A DNA stretch of 64,000 nt from Calditrichales bacterium (lineage in GTDB: Bacteria; Calditrichota; Calditrichia; Calditrichales; J004): positions 10,733 to 74,732 of the forward strand of contig WGCN01000013.1 in the NCBI GenBank assembly GCA_015493745.1, written 5' to 3'. A program made the position numbers and the translations under genes. Shown here in pieces: positions 1 to 8,817 of this stretch (the first letter of the stretch is position 1; each line of letters starts with the position of its first letter). Below the pieces are notes generated by a model. That model saw only the letters and a program-made list of their open reading frames with translations, was not told the origin of the DNA and searched no databases.

Positions 1-307
1 GAAAGGCCGGAGGGTCGTATATGGCTTTTAAAGAACGGGGATAGGCTTCATCCCAATAGCTGATCAGGCTGGCCCGGGTTTGCCTTAGGTAGTTCAGTTG
101 TCTTTTAACAAAATCCTCATTTACGCTCCCCTTTATCAGTTGGGCCCGTTTTTTATCAATGCCCTCCAACTGCATCAACTGCCGGGGAGAGCTGTCCAGC
201 ACCGCTTCGGCACTGCCCAGACCGCCGATCAATTTGCGCATCAAGGCCGGACCGATACCCGGGATGGAAAACAAAGCCAGCAGGGCTTCAGGGGATGAGG
301 CGTTCAT
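1..307 (-). CDS. dprA: DNA processing protein DprA/Smf, N-terminal part (gene runs off the left edge)
   Basis: Not in the ORF track because there is no stop in the window. Hand translation of the reverse strand from ATG 307-305 gives MNASSPEALLALFSIPGIGPALMRKLIGGLGSAEAVLDSSPRQLMQLEGIDKKRAQLIKGS...YWDEAYPRSLKAIYDPPAF. The GIGP helix-hairpin-helix-like N-terminus and the YP..L..I.DPP motif are typical of DprA. ATGA start/stop overlap with obg. Confidence 0.7.
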   Translation of the reverse strand, partial: MNASSPEALLALFSIPGIGPALMRKLIGGLGSAEAVLDSSPRQLMQLEGIDKKRAQLIKGSVNEDFVKRQLNYLRQTRASLISYWDEAYPRSLKAIYDPPAF

Positions 308-1308
308 CAGGTTTCATCCGTTTTTTCCTGTTCATCCGCTTGCAGAATAAGTTCATGCAAGCGATCCAATAGGGTATCAAGGTTTTTACCGGTCACCGAC
401 GATATAGCCACCTGAGGCACTTTAAGCGGCAAGAGCGGCGGCTCTTCCTCTCCCAATACATCCGTTTTGGTGAGGGCGATCATAAACGGTTTCAGCGCCA
501 GAACGGGGCTGTAGCTTTCCACCTCGTTTTGCAATATTTTCAGTTGCTCCAGCGGTTCCGCTTCGTCGCTGATATCTATCATATACAGTAAAACGCGGGT
601 ACGCTCCACATGCCTTAAAAACTGATGTCCCAACCCCTTGCCTGTATGGGCGCCCTCTATCAGCCCCGGAATATCGGCCATGACAAAGCTGGAGAACTCA
701 CGATAGTTGACTATACCCAGATTGGGCTGCAGAGTGGTAAAAGGATAGGCGGCTATTTTAGGCCGGGCCTTCGATATGCGGGAGAGCAAAGTGGACTTCC
801 CGGCATTGGGGAAACCGACCAGTCCCACATCGGCGATGCTTTTCAACTCCAGTTCCAGTTCACGCATCTCTCCGGGCTTGCCCACTTCCCACTCCCGCGG
901 GCTTTGATGGGTGGCCGTGGCATAACGGGCGTTACCCTTGCCGCCGCGCCCGCCCTTTGCCACCACAAAGGTCTGACCGTCATAGGTAAAGTCCACCAGG
1001 ATACGGTCTTCTTCTACATCGCGGACAATGGTGCCCACCGGTACCTCAAGCAGAATATCCGCCCCCTTGCGGCCATGTTTGTTGGAACCCATGCCGTGCT
1101 GACCGCGCTTAGCCTTATATTCACGGCGGTAGGTAAAGTCCCGCAGGGTATGCAGGTTTTTACTGGCCCGCAGGGTTATGGAACCGCCCCGGCCGCCATC
1201 CCCTCCGTCGGGGCCGCCCTTATCAATAAACTTTTCCCGGTGAAAACTCATACACCCGCTGCCGCCCTGCCCGGCGATAACCCGTGTTTTTACAAAATCT
1301 ATAAACAT
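307..1308 (-). CDS. obg: GTPase Obg/CgtA
   Basis: 333 aa. Glycine-rich Obg fold (GGSGCMSFHREKF...GGPDGGDGGRGGS). G1 GFPNAGKST, G3 DIPGLIEGA, TKTD. ATG start verified at 1308. Confidence 0.95.
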   Translation of the reverse strand: MFIDFVKTRVIAGQGGSGCMSFHREKFIDKGGPDGGDGGRGGSITLRASKNLHTLRDFTYRREYKAKRGQHGMGSNKHGRKGADILLEVPVGTIVRDVEEDRILVDFTYDGQTFVVAKGGRGGKGNARYATATHQSPREWEVGKPGEMRELELELKSIADVGLVGFPNAGKSTLLSRISKARPKIAAYPFTTLQPNLGIVNYREFSSFVMADIPGLIEGAHTGKGLGHQFLRHVERTRVLLYMIDISDEAEPLEQLKILQNEVESYSPVLALKPFMIALTKTDVLGEEEPPLLPLKVPQVAISSVTGKNLDTLLDRLHELILQADEQEKTDET

Positions 1309-1506
1309 ATGTTCTTCTAACTTTATTAAATGATACTCCCAACGGACACGCTGAAATTACAGGCACCCGTCAACAGGAAATATAAGTCTGTTTTTAGTGT
1401 TTAAAAAGATAAAATATTCCGGGAGTCCGGCAAGAAATCAAATAAACAAAACAGCCCGCCCCTTACGACAAGCAGTAAAAATGGCTAAAAAACCCCGATT
1501 ACGCTT

Positions 1507-2457
1507 CTAATCCAAAGTGCCGGTCAAACTGATCCTGTGCGTGCCTCCCAAAAGGTCATAATCGGAATAGGCATAATCAAAGCGGAAGTTATTGTAATAC
1601 AATGCCAAACCACCGGAAACGCCACCAAATTGTGTGCCGCGCAGTTCATCGCTCAGGTCACGGTTCAAGGCGTTGTCATAGCCCAGGCGGAAGCGCAGGT
1701 TCTCACTCAGCTTAAACTCACCACCGACGGAGAAACGCTTAATGTAGTCACCAAAACTTTCAACGGGATCGGCCAGGCGATTAAGGCTCAGGGCAATGGT
1801 TAGCGGTAAATGGGCCAGCTCCTTGGAAAAGCCCAGCCGTATATCCAGCGGCAGCCTGTCCTTTACATTTCCATAATACTCAAAATTGGTTCCCAGGTTG
1901 TTAACCGCAACTCCCAGACGGATACCCTCATCATAGGGTACCTGCCATAACAGACCGAAATCAAGCGCAACGGCGGAAGCATTGTAGGATTCGATCTGGG
2001 AAAAAATATATTTAAGGGTAACGCCATAACTCAACCCTTTTTGCAACATATCCGAAAGACTGAGATTCAGACTGACATCATTGGCGGAAAAGGTATTGCC
2101 GGTTTCACGGGCAAAGCTGTTGGTTTCTTTAAATTCACCGTAATTTATATAGCTGATCAGGGCACTGACCACGCCCAGCCCTTCAATACGTTGCGTATAG
2201 CCGGCCAGCCCGCCGTTGATATCCAGCAGATATTTATTGACGGCAAAGGTATATTGCGGCTTTTCACTCAGGGCCATTCCCGCCGGATTGACAAGCATCG
2301 TACCCACATCATTGGAAAAGGTAACAAAAGCGCCACCCGTGGCCACCGTACGCGGATAAAAATCGGTACGTAAAAATTCAAAGGAACGGGTCAGCGGCGT
2401 TCCGGCATGAGCGGAAGTGATTATGAGCAGCAGTCCTGCCATCAGGTATTTTTTCAT
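1507..2457 (-). CDS. PorV/PorQ-family outer-membrane beta-barrel protein (paralogue 1 of 4)
   Basis: 316 aa. Signal peptide MKKYLMAGLLLIITSAHA. N-terminal GGAF...D...NPAGMA motif shared with ORFs 7735, 41336 and 62181. Alternating beta-strand pattern throughout. ATGA overlap with the murI stop (2454-2457). Confidence 0.7.
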   Translation of the reverse strand: MKKYLMAGLLLIITSAHAGTPLTRSFEFLRTDFYPRTVATGGAFVTFSNDVGTMLVNPAGMALSEKPQYTFAVNKYLLDINGGLAGYTQRIEGLGVVSALISYINYGEFKETNSFARETGNTFSANDVSLNLSLSDMLQKGLSYGVTLKYIFSQIESYNASAVALDFGLLWQVPYDEGIRLGVAVNNLGTNFEYYGNVKDRLPLDIRLGFSKELAHLPLTIALSLNRLADPVESFGDYIKRFSVGGEFKLSENLRFRLGYDNALNRDLSDELRGTQFGGVSGGLALYYNNFRFDYAYSDYDLLGGTHRISLTGTLD

Positions 2458-3317
2458 TGTTCAACCTTCGGACTTAAAAGTTTTTCAATACGATCATTTT
2501 GTTCAACCAGGAAATTTTCAAAGTCGACACGTTTTAGGTGAGCTAAAGGTTCGCCCAGGAATCGGGCGCCGATATCCGCGAACTTCTGCGGAATATCGCT
2601 GACATAAAAACGGTCTTCGCCCGGACGCGTACCTTTATGCTCAAGTTTAAGTTGTTTTAATGTTTCGCGCACATAATACGCCGTTTCATAGCCCGAGTCA
2701 ATCAAATGTACGTCCGGGCCGGTTACTTTTCGGATACTTTCGGCCAACAGGGGATAATGGGTGCAGCCCAGGATAAGGCTGTCTATCTCCGCATTTAAGA
2801 CCGGATCAAGGTATTTGTGCAGGGTCATCATGGTCACCGGATCATCCAGCCATCCCTCCTCCACCAGGGGTACCAACAGCGGACAATCCCTGGCCACAAC
2901 CGTAAAGTCCGGGTCCTGTGCCTGAATAGCCTCCGTATAGGCCCCGCTGCGCACGGTGGCGCTGGTGCCCATGATCAGGGTCTGTTTCTTTTTAGAATGC
3001 CTGATCGCGGCCAGTGCGCCGGGGCGGATAACGCCGGTTACCGGAACAGGCAGGCGCTTTTTTAAAACATCCATAGCCAGGGCCGATGCCGTGTTGCAGG
3101 CAACGACGATCATCTTAACATCAAATTGCAGTAAAAAGGCCGCATCCTCGATGGCATACCGCTCAATAAGTTTTTTTGATTTGGTGCCGTATGGAATCCG
3201 GGCCGTATCTCCAAAATATATCAGTTGCTCATTGGGAAGCAGCTTTCTCAATTGTCTTAAAACGGTCAGGCCGCCTATTCCCGAATCGAATATCCCTATG
3301 GGGCGCGTCTCTTTCAT
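2454..3317 (-). CDS. murI: glutamate racemase
   Basis: 287 aa. IGIFDSGIGGLTVL, catalytic Cys motifs VVACNTAS and LGCTHYP. ATGA overlap with the upstream amidase stop. Confidence 0.95.
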   Translation of the reverse strand: MKETRPIGIFDSGIGGLTVLRQLRKLLPNEQLIYFGDTARIPYGTKSKKLIERYAIEDAAFLLQFDVKMIVVACNTASALAMDVLKKRLPVPVTGVIRPGALAAIRHSKKKQTLIMGTSATVRSGAYTEAIQAQDPDFTVVARDCPLLVPLVEEGWLDDPVTMMTLHKYLDPVLNAEIDSLILGCTHYPLLAESIRKVTGPDVHLIDSGYETAYYVRETLKQLKLEHKGTRPGEDRFYVSDIPQKFADIGARFLGEPLAHLKRVDFENFLVEQNDRIEKLLSPKVEQ

Positions 3318-4858
3318 ATGGCTGCTTCAATATCCTTTTTATATTTGCGTATTCCCTCGAAAATCGCTTCGGCCATTTTTTGCTGCATGGAACGCTTGCG
3401 AAGCAAAGCCGCCTCATACCTGTTGGAAATGAATCCCATTTCAATCAATATATTGGGCATGGTAGCCCCGACCATCACCCAAAAACGGCCCTGCCGCACA
3501 CCGCGGGAGTGCAGCCCCAGGGGTTTCATTTTTTTGGCCATCGAGCTTTGCACCACGGAAGCCAAATACTGGCTTTGACGAATAAACGCGCTTTGGGCCA
3601 TTGTTGCAAGGATAAAATTAACCCCCTTATAGCGTTGCTGATCATGGGCTTCTTCAAACTGAATGGAGGCATTTTCCTTAAGTACCACGTTTTGGGCCTG
3701 GCGGTTTTTATCCTGATCCGCACTCAGGAAATAGGTTTCGAACCCCTTAGCCTTCTCGTTCGGGTTGCTGTTGCAATGCAGGCTGATAAAAATTTTTCCC
3801 CGCTTTTCATTGGCGAACTGGGTACGACGCCATAAAGGTATAAAAACATCGCTGTTACGCGTAAAAACCACCTTGATATCGGGGAAATTCTTTTTTATGA
3901 TTTTACCCAGCTTTAAACCGACGCCGAGTACGATATCCTTTTCCTTAATGCCCCCTTTTCCAATGGCGCCCGGGTCTTTTCCGCCATGGCCGGGATCAAT
4001 AACGATGGTATCTATCAGCCATTCCCGCTTTTGTTTTTCCAGGATGGTTTCATTCCGGGCCTGCGTCTTTACCTTTTCCGAGGAACGCAGGTTTACAACT
4101 ATTTCATGCTCTTCCGGATGGAGAATGAGTTCCTTACTCAGAATGCGCTTTTTCAGTTTAAAGGCCAGGGAAACCACCTGATCCAATGGAATAACTTCCA
4201 CCTTGCTGATCAGCCCCTGCGGTTTTATCCGCGCGGCCAGGTCTTCCGGTACCGTTCCACCGAGGATATCGATATGAAACCAACCGTTGGCCACCTTAAG
4301 CGTAATATCTTTTTCCGGAAAATTCTCGGCAACCTTTATGGTAATAACCGTACCGTTTTCCTTCGACTTCAACCCCACCCGTAAAATATTTGAATCATGT
4401 GGTTTGAAGATGGATAGAACCTTTTGAGAAGGATCAAAGGATATCCGCCGGGCCGTATTCTCCGAAAAGAGAAAGGTCATCATTTTAAGGGGTACCCAAA
4501 GTGTCTGATCCCGCCATATGGGGAAAAAGGAGCTTTGGATAACCTTCTCGTTTAAAATGACAAAATTATTGTCCGAGGTAAAAGTTGCCTTATCCGGCCC
4601 AAGATAAAGCACACACTTTTGTCGTTGTTCATTGGTATAAATGCCATAGCCTGTTTTCAGCGAGAATTCGTCCAAACGAACGTAATATAGTCCGTTTTCT
4701 TCGATGGCCGATATTTTATGCTCCTGGGCGCTGCCATCTTCTTCACGAAGGGTAATCTGAATATCTTGATTGGGCTTCAGGGAGAGCAAAAAGAACATGC
4801 TCAGAATCAGTGACAACAAGATCGGAAACAAAGAGCGGCGGCGTTGGCATCTTTTCAT
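3314..4858 (-). CDS. N-acetylmuramoyl-L-alanine amidase (Amidase_3, AmiC-like, with N-terminal AMIN-like region)
   Basis: Track ORF is 3314..4996. I prefer the internal ATG at 4858 (MKRCQRRRSLFPILLSLILSMFFLLSL, a signal or anchor sequence). Catalytic region IVIDPGHGGKDPGAIG...ISLHCNS...IEMGFISN. Confidence 0.85.
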   Translation of the reverse strand: MKRCQRRRSLFPILLSLILSMFFLLSLKPNQDIQITLREEDGSAQEHKISAIEENGLYYVRLDEFSLKTGYGIYTNEQRQKCVLYLGPDKATFTSDNNFVILNEKVIQSSFFPIWRDQTLWVPLKMMTFLFSENTARRISFDPSQKVLSIFKPHDSNILRVGLKSKENGTVITIKVAENFPEKDITLKVANGWFHIDILGGTVPEDLAARIKPQGLISKVEVIPLDQVVSLAFKLKKRILSKELILHPEEHEIVVNLRSSEKVKTQARNETILEKQKREWLIDTIVIDPGHGGKDPGAIGKGGIKEKDIVLGVGLKLGKIIKKNFPDIKVVFTRNSDVFIPLWRRTQFANEKRGKIFISLHCNSNPNEKAKGFETYFLSADQDKNRQAQNVVLKENASIQFEEAHDQQRYKGVNFILATMAQSAFIRQSQYLASVVQSSMAKKMKPLGLHSRGVRQGRFWVMVGATMPNILIEMGFISNRYEAALLRKRSMQQKMAEAIFEGIRKYKKDIEAAI

Positions 4859-5022
4859 GTGAATATTTTTTTTCTTAAAGTGTAGGAATAGAAACAAATA
4901 CTGCAATAACACGTCTGCTTGTACGAAACGAACAAAAATTGTTTCCCCAATTGTATAACAGATGATAAATTTAGTAAACCTGTCCTTTGTAAGCAACGAA
5001 AGGCGGGATACAGGAGCAACTT

Positions 5023-5928
5023 ATGTCAATACTCGATGTTTCGCATATTTCTAAAAGCTATGGTGATCACAAGGCCGTCGATGATATTTCTTTTTCCCTG
5101 GAAAAGGGTTCTGTTTATGGAATTCTAGGCCCAAACGGTGCCGGTAAAACGACGACCATTCGCATGGTCATGAATATTATCATTCCCGATTCCGGAGATA
5201 TAAACCTTTTTGGCCAAAAACTCTCCGAGGATTTAAAGAACCGTATCGGTTATTTACCGGAGGAGCGTGGCTTATATCCTAAAATGAAAGTGATTGATAT
5301 GCTTGTTTTTCTCGGTGAACTTCACCTTATGAAAAACTCAGAAGCTTTCAACAAGGCCACCAGCTGGCTCGGCCGTCTGGGCCTGAAAGAACATGCGAAC
5401 AAAAAAGTTGAAGAATTGTCAAAAGGGATGCAACAAAAAGTGCAGATTATCGGCAGTCTTCTTCATGATCCCGATCTGATCATTCTCGATGAACCCTTTT
5501 CCGGCCTGGACCCCGTTAACACAAATTTGATTAAAGATATTATTTTAGAGATGAAAGCCAGCGGCAAGGCGATTATGTTAAGCACACATATGATGGAAGC
5601 CGCCGAAAAACTATGTGATCAGATTATGATGATAAACCATGGTCATATTGTTTTGGAGGGTGCCTTACAGCCTGTCCTCGAGGCGCACGGTACCAGTTCT
5701 ATTCAGGTGGAATACACAGGCAACGCCGGTTTTGTCCGTGAACTGCCCATGGTTGAAACAGCCGATATTTACAGTAACTATTTTGAAGTCCGTTTAAAGG
5801 ATCATCAAAACCGGAACATGTTTATCGAAGAGTTAATAAAAAAAATTGACATCCACTCCTTCAAAACCATGCAATCCAGCCTTAATGAAATTTTTATACG
5901 CTTAGCCGGAGAAACACCTAATGAATAA
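5023..5928 (+). CDS. ABC transporter ATP-binding protein (ABC-2/NatA-like)
   Basis: 301 aa. Walker A GPNGAGKTT, signature LSKGMQQK, Walker B LIILDEP. AGGAG 6 nt upstream of the ATG. Confidence 0.9.
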   Translation: MSILDVSHISKSYGDHKAVDDISFSLEKGSVYGILGPNGAGKTTTIRMVMNIIIPDSGDINLFGQKLSEDLKNRIGYLPEERGLYPKMKVIDMLVFLGELHLMKNSEAFNKATSWLGRLGLKEHANKKVEELSKGMQQKVQIIGSLLHDPDLIILDEPFSGLDPVNTNLIKDIILEMKASGKAIMLSTHMMEAAEKLCDQIMMINHGHIVLEGALQPVLEAHGTSSIQVEYTGNAGFVRELPMVETADIYSNYFEVRLKDHQNRNMFIEELIKKIDIHSFKTMQSSLNEIFIRLAGETPNE

Positions 5929-7186
5929 GATAATAACCATCATAAAAAGAGAGTATAAAGAAACCGTTTTAAAAAAGGGATTTATCATTCTGACACTTCT
6001 CATTCCGGTGTTGATGATCGGTTTTACCATAGTGCCCGCACTTTTGGTACAGATGGAGACCGATACACCTTCAACCATCAGCGTTGTTGATGACAGCGGT
6101 TTAATCGGCGCTGCTTTGCAGAGTACATTAAATGACACACTTAAAAACGGTCAACCCAAATTTATCTTCAATGTTATTCACCCCGGCGGTAAACCGGAAG
6201 ATGTCCTTTCCTCACAAAAAGCCTTAATCGAAAAGGAAGTCATCGATGGCTTTTTATATATCCCGGTAAATGTAGCCGACAGCAACCGGATTGAATATTA
6301 TGCCCGAAATGTCAGTGATTTTCAAACGAACCGGACTCTTAAGAATGCCGTGGAAAAAATCATTATCGATCAACGTTTAAAAAGCAGCGGTTTTGATCCG
6401 GCCATTGTACAGGAGCTTACTCATGATATAAAGCTGCGTACCATTAAAATACAAAAGGGTGGCAAGGAAACCGATGCCGATTTTTCCAGCGAATATTTTT
6501 CTACATTTATTTTCGTTTTAATACTCTACATGACTTTAATTATGTATGGTAATAGTATTATGAGGTCTATAATACAGGAAAAAACAAATAAGGTTGTGGA
6601 AGTTATTCTTTCCAGTGTCAAACCGATTCAACTTATGGCCGGCAAAATATTGGGGCAGGGTCTTGTTGGACTGACACAGTATTTTATTTGGGTTCTTGTC
6701 GGTCTTGTATTAACCCTGAGCGGTGGCTCTCTGATCCAGATTGAGGGAAATAATCTGCTAAACTTCTCCGCCGGTACGCTGATATGGTTTATTATTTATT
6801 ATGTCCTGGGATACTTTTTATATTCCGCCATGTACTCCATCGTTGGCGTGGCAACCACCACCGATCAGGAGGCACAACAGGCTTCCATGCCCATTACCCT
6901 GCTACTCGTGGTTCCCTTGCTGGTTTTAACCACCCTTGTTAAAAATCCCGATAGCAGCCTTATTATTGGCTTGTCCTATGTGCCTTTTTTCTCTCCCATC
7001 ATCATGTTTGCCCGTATCAACATGAGCAGCCCCGCCCCCATGGAGCTTATACTTTCCCTGCTTATTCTGGTAGGAACGATTATCTTCATGATCTGGCTGG
7101 CGGCCAAGGTTTATCGTATGGGCATTTTAATGACCGGAAAAAGGGCCAATTTACCGGAGATTATGCGCTGGATACGCGCCAGGTAA
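5921..7186 (+). CDS. ABC-2 type transporter permease (NatB-like)
   Basis: 421 aa. One N-terminal TM helix, a large extracytoplasmic loop, then about 5 C-terminal TM helices. 8-nt overlap with the ATPase gene. Confidence 0.85.
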   Translation: MNKIITIIKREYKETVLKKGFIILTLLIPVLMIGFTIVPALLVQMETDTPSTISVVDDSGLIGAALQSTLNDTLKNGQPKFIFNVIHPGGKPEDVLSSQKALIEKEVIDGFLYIPVNVADSNRIEYYARNVSDFQTNRTLKNAVEKIIIDQRLKSSGFDPAIVQELTHDIKLRTIKIQKGGKETDADFSSEYFSTFIFVLILYMTLIMYGNSIMRSIIQEKTNKVVEVILSSVKPIQLMAGKILGQGLVGLTQYFIWVLVGLVLTLSGGSLIQIEGNNLLNFSAGTLIWFIIYYVLGYFLYSAMYSIVGVATTTDQEAQQASMPITLLLVVPLLVLTTLVKNPDSSLIIGLSYVPFFSPIIMFARINMSSPAPMELILSLLILVGTIIFMIWLAAKVYRMGILMTGKRANLPEIMRWIRAR

Positions 7187-7211
7187 GAAGATTATTATAC
7201 AGGAAACCAAG

Positions 7212-7250
7212 GCCGCATAAATCAATCGTTGAATTATGCGGCTTTTTTTT
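7212..7250 (+). terminator. rho-independent terminator of the ABC operon
   Basis: Stem GCCGCATAA (7212-7220) pairs with TTATGCGGC (7234-7242) and is followed by T8 (7243-7250). Confidence 0.75.
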
Positions 7251-7684
7251 ACTTATACCTATTAGCTTTCTTAGGAAAAGGATCTGAATTGTTCAGGTAG
7301 AGTATTTGTCATAAAATTACCCCGATCGAATAAATGTTACTCCTCATTTCTAATGATTAATAAGTCCTCCCTGGTCCATAATGGCATGAAAATTAAGGCA
7401 GTACTATCTTTTTCTTCCGATATTATTGTCCGCAGTTTAATACCATGATTATCCGCCTGAAAATAAAAAAATCAACAGTTTTATAAAGATTTAACATAAA
7501 ACTCTCTGAGAGCTGAGTTTCCGGATACATGGTGAGTAAAAAATATATATAACAGTAATCAATCATCCGTTTTATGACCAAGATTCTGGTTTTCGACGAT
7601 AGCAAGCGGTTTTTACAACAGGCAAGAGAAATTGATGCAAAAAATTAGAGACAATGGATTTAAACAAATTGGTTTATGAAAGGC

Positions 7685-7718
7685 AAAAAAAAAAAGCCCC
7701 GGAGTTCCGGGGCTTTTT
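7685..7718 (-). terminator. rho-independent (bidirectional) terminator downstream of the PorV-like gene 7735..8772
   Basis: A11 tract (7685-7695), then stem GCCCCGGA/TCCGGGGC (7696-7713), then T5. On the minus strand the hairpin is followed by a U11 run. Confidence 0.75.
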
Positions 7719-7734
7719 AGTTTTAAGCGGATAC

Positions 7735-8772
7735 TTAGAAGCTGACTTTAATGGAGAACAAATTGTTTCCGTCAAAGTATTGCGAATCACGATAGGAATA
7801 ATCGAGGTTCAGTTTCACATCACCGAGAGTGTAGTTAAAACCACCACCCAGGGTAAAGCGATACAGTTGAGCTTCCGCATCAAGGTCCGTTGCATAAATA
7901 TAACCGCCACGCAGGGCCACCATGTTATTCCAAATATACTCACCGCCAAAACGGAAGTTATCGGAACCATAGTTATAGTTGTTAAAATTGGTGAACAATG
8001 TCAAAGCATTTTCATTGTCAATGCTTACGGCATAGGACATACCAATTTCAAAACTACCCGGCAGGTTGTCAATTTGAGCTTCCCGGTTCAGGAAGTCGGA
8101 GAAAGTAGCCCCGTCAACTTCTACGGCCTGCTTATTTAAGCCACTACCGCTGTATTGAAGTGAGGAACCGATATTACGCATAACCACACCAAAGGAAAGG
8201 CCTTCAAAGCCAGCCAGGTTGGCATATTGAATACCTGCGTCAAAGGCAATAGCCGTTGCGCCGGCACGATCAATACTTTCACTGATGACCTTGGCCGTTA
8301 CACCAACCTGAATAACATCCGTTAAACGGTTAGCATAAGTTAATCCCAGGGTGAAGAAGGTCGGCGAGAAAGTACCACCACCTGCTCCGTCCGGGTCGGT
8401 TACTGTCGTTACAGGAATATCACCGAAATCAAATGCTTTCAGAGATACACCAATGTTACCAAAACCACCCATATTGGCACCAATGGCCATGTAGTTAACG
8501 GCAACATCATTAAAGATATTCATGGTTGAGAAAACACCCGAAGCGTTTCCACTCATGTTAGACAAACCGGCGGGATTCCAGGAAATTCCGTCGATGCCCT
8601 CTACCGTAGAGATATTCGCCCCTGCCATGGCAAGGTAGCGCGCACCTACCGGTACTACTGTTTGCATACCGCCTGCTGTACCATAACGGGCGGGATCCCC
8701 GGCAAAGCTTAGCTGTATGGCCAGTAAACTAAACAGTATAATTTTAGATATTTTTTTAAAATTATTTATCAT
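7735..8772 (-). CDS. PorV/PorQ-family outer-membrane beta-barrel protein (paralogue 2 of 4)
   Basis: 345 aa. Signal peptide ...LLAIQLSFA. Motif GARYLAMAGANISTVEGIDGISWNPAGLS. C-terminal ...LFSIKVSF (aromatic terminus). AGGAG 7 nt upstream of the ATG. Confidence 0.75.
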   Translation of the reverse strand: MINNFKKISKIILFSLLAIQLSFAGDPARYGTAGGMQTVVPVGARYLAMAGANISTVEGIDGISWNPAGLSNMSGNASGVFSTMNIFNDVAVNYMAIGANMGGFGNIGVSLKAFDFGDIPVTTVTDPDGAGGGTFSPTFFTLGLTYANRLTDVIQVGVTAKVISESIDRAGATAIAFDAGIQYANLAGFEGLSFGVVMRNIGSSLQYSGSGLNKQAVEVDGATFSDFLNREAQIDNLPGSFEIGMSYAVSIDNENALTLFTNFNNYNYGSDNFRFGGEYIWNNMVALRGGYIYATDLDAEAQLYRFTLGGGFNYTLGDVKLNLDYSYRDSQYFDGNNLFSIKVSF

Positions 8773-8817
8773 TTCTGACTCCTTTTAAGACTCTCACTTT
8801 ATATAAACAAACCATTT

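Noticed and set aside
4859-4996. N-terminal extension of the amidase ORF. Similar track extensions occur at 23277..23396 (PilZ), 25566..25616 (dapF), 29196..29297 (KH), 31090..31104 (ffh), 33407..33466 (RmlD-like), 46917..46976 (lipoprotein) and 55805..55846 (lolC).
   Set aside because: The extensions start at upstream alternative codons, overlap neighbouring genes or lack SDs. Internal starts give canonical N-termini or signal peptides.
7423-7605. A 60-aa minus-strand ORF in the AT-rich spacer.
   Set aside because: It has a TTG start, no SD and an Ile/Phe/Tyr/Leu-rich composition of the kind AT-rich DNA produces. No motif is recognisable.
7574-7648. A 24-codon ORF, MTKILVFDDSKRFLQQAREIDAKN, resembling the N-terminus of a response-regulator receiver domain.
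   Set aside because: It is too short, has no SD and no continuation in other frames. A six-residue ILVFDD match can arise by chance in AT-rich DNA. I mention it only as a possible remnant in the spacer finding and do not call it a gene or pseudogene.
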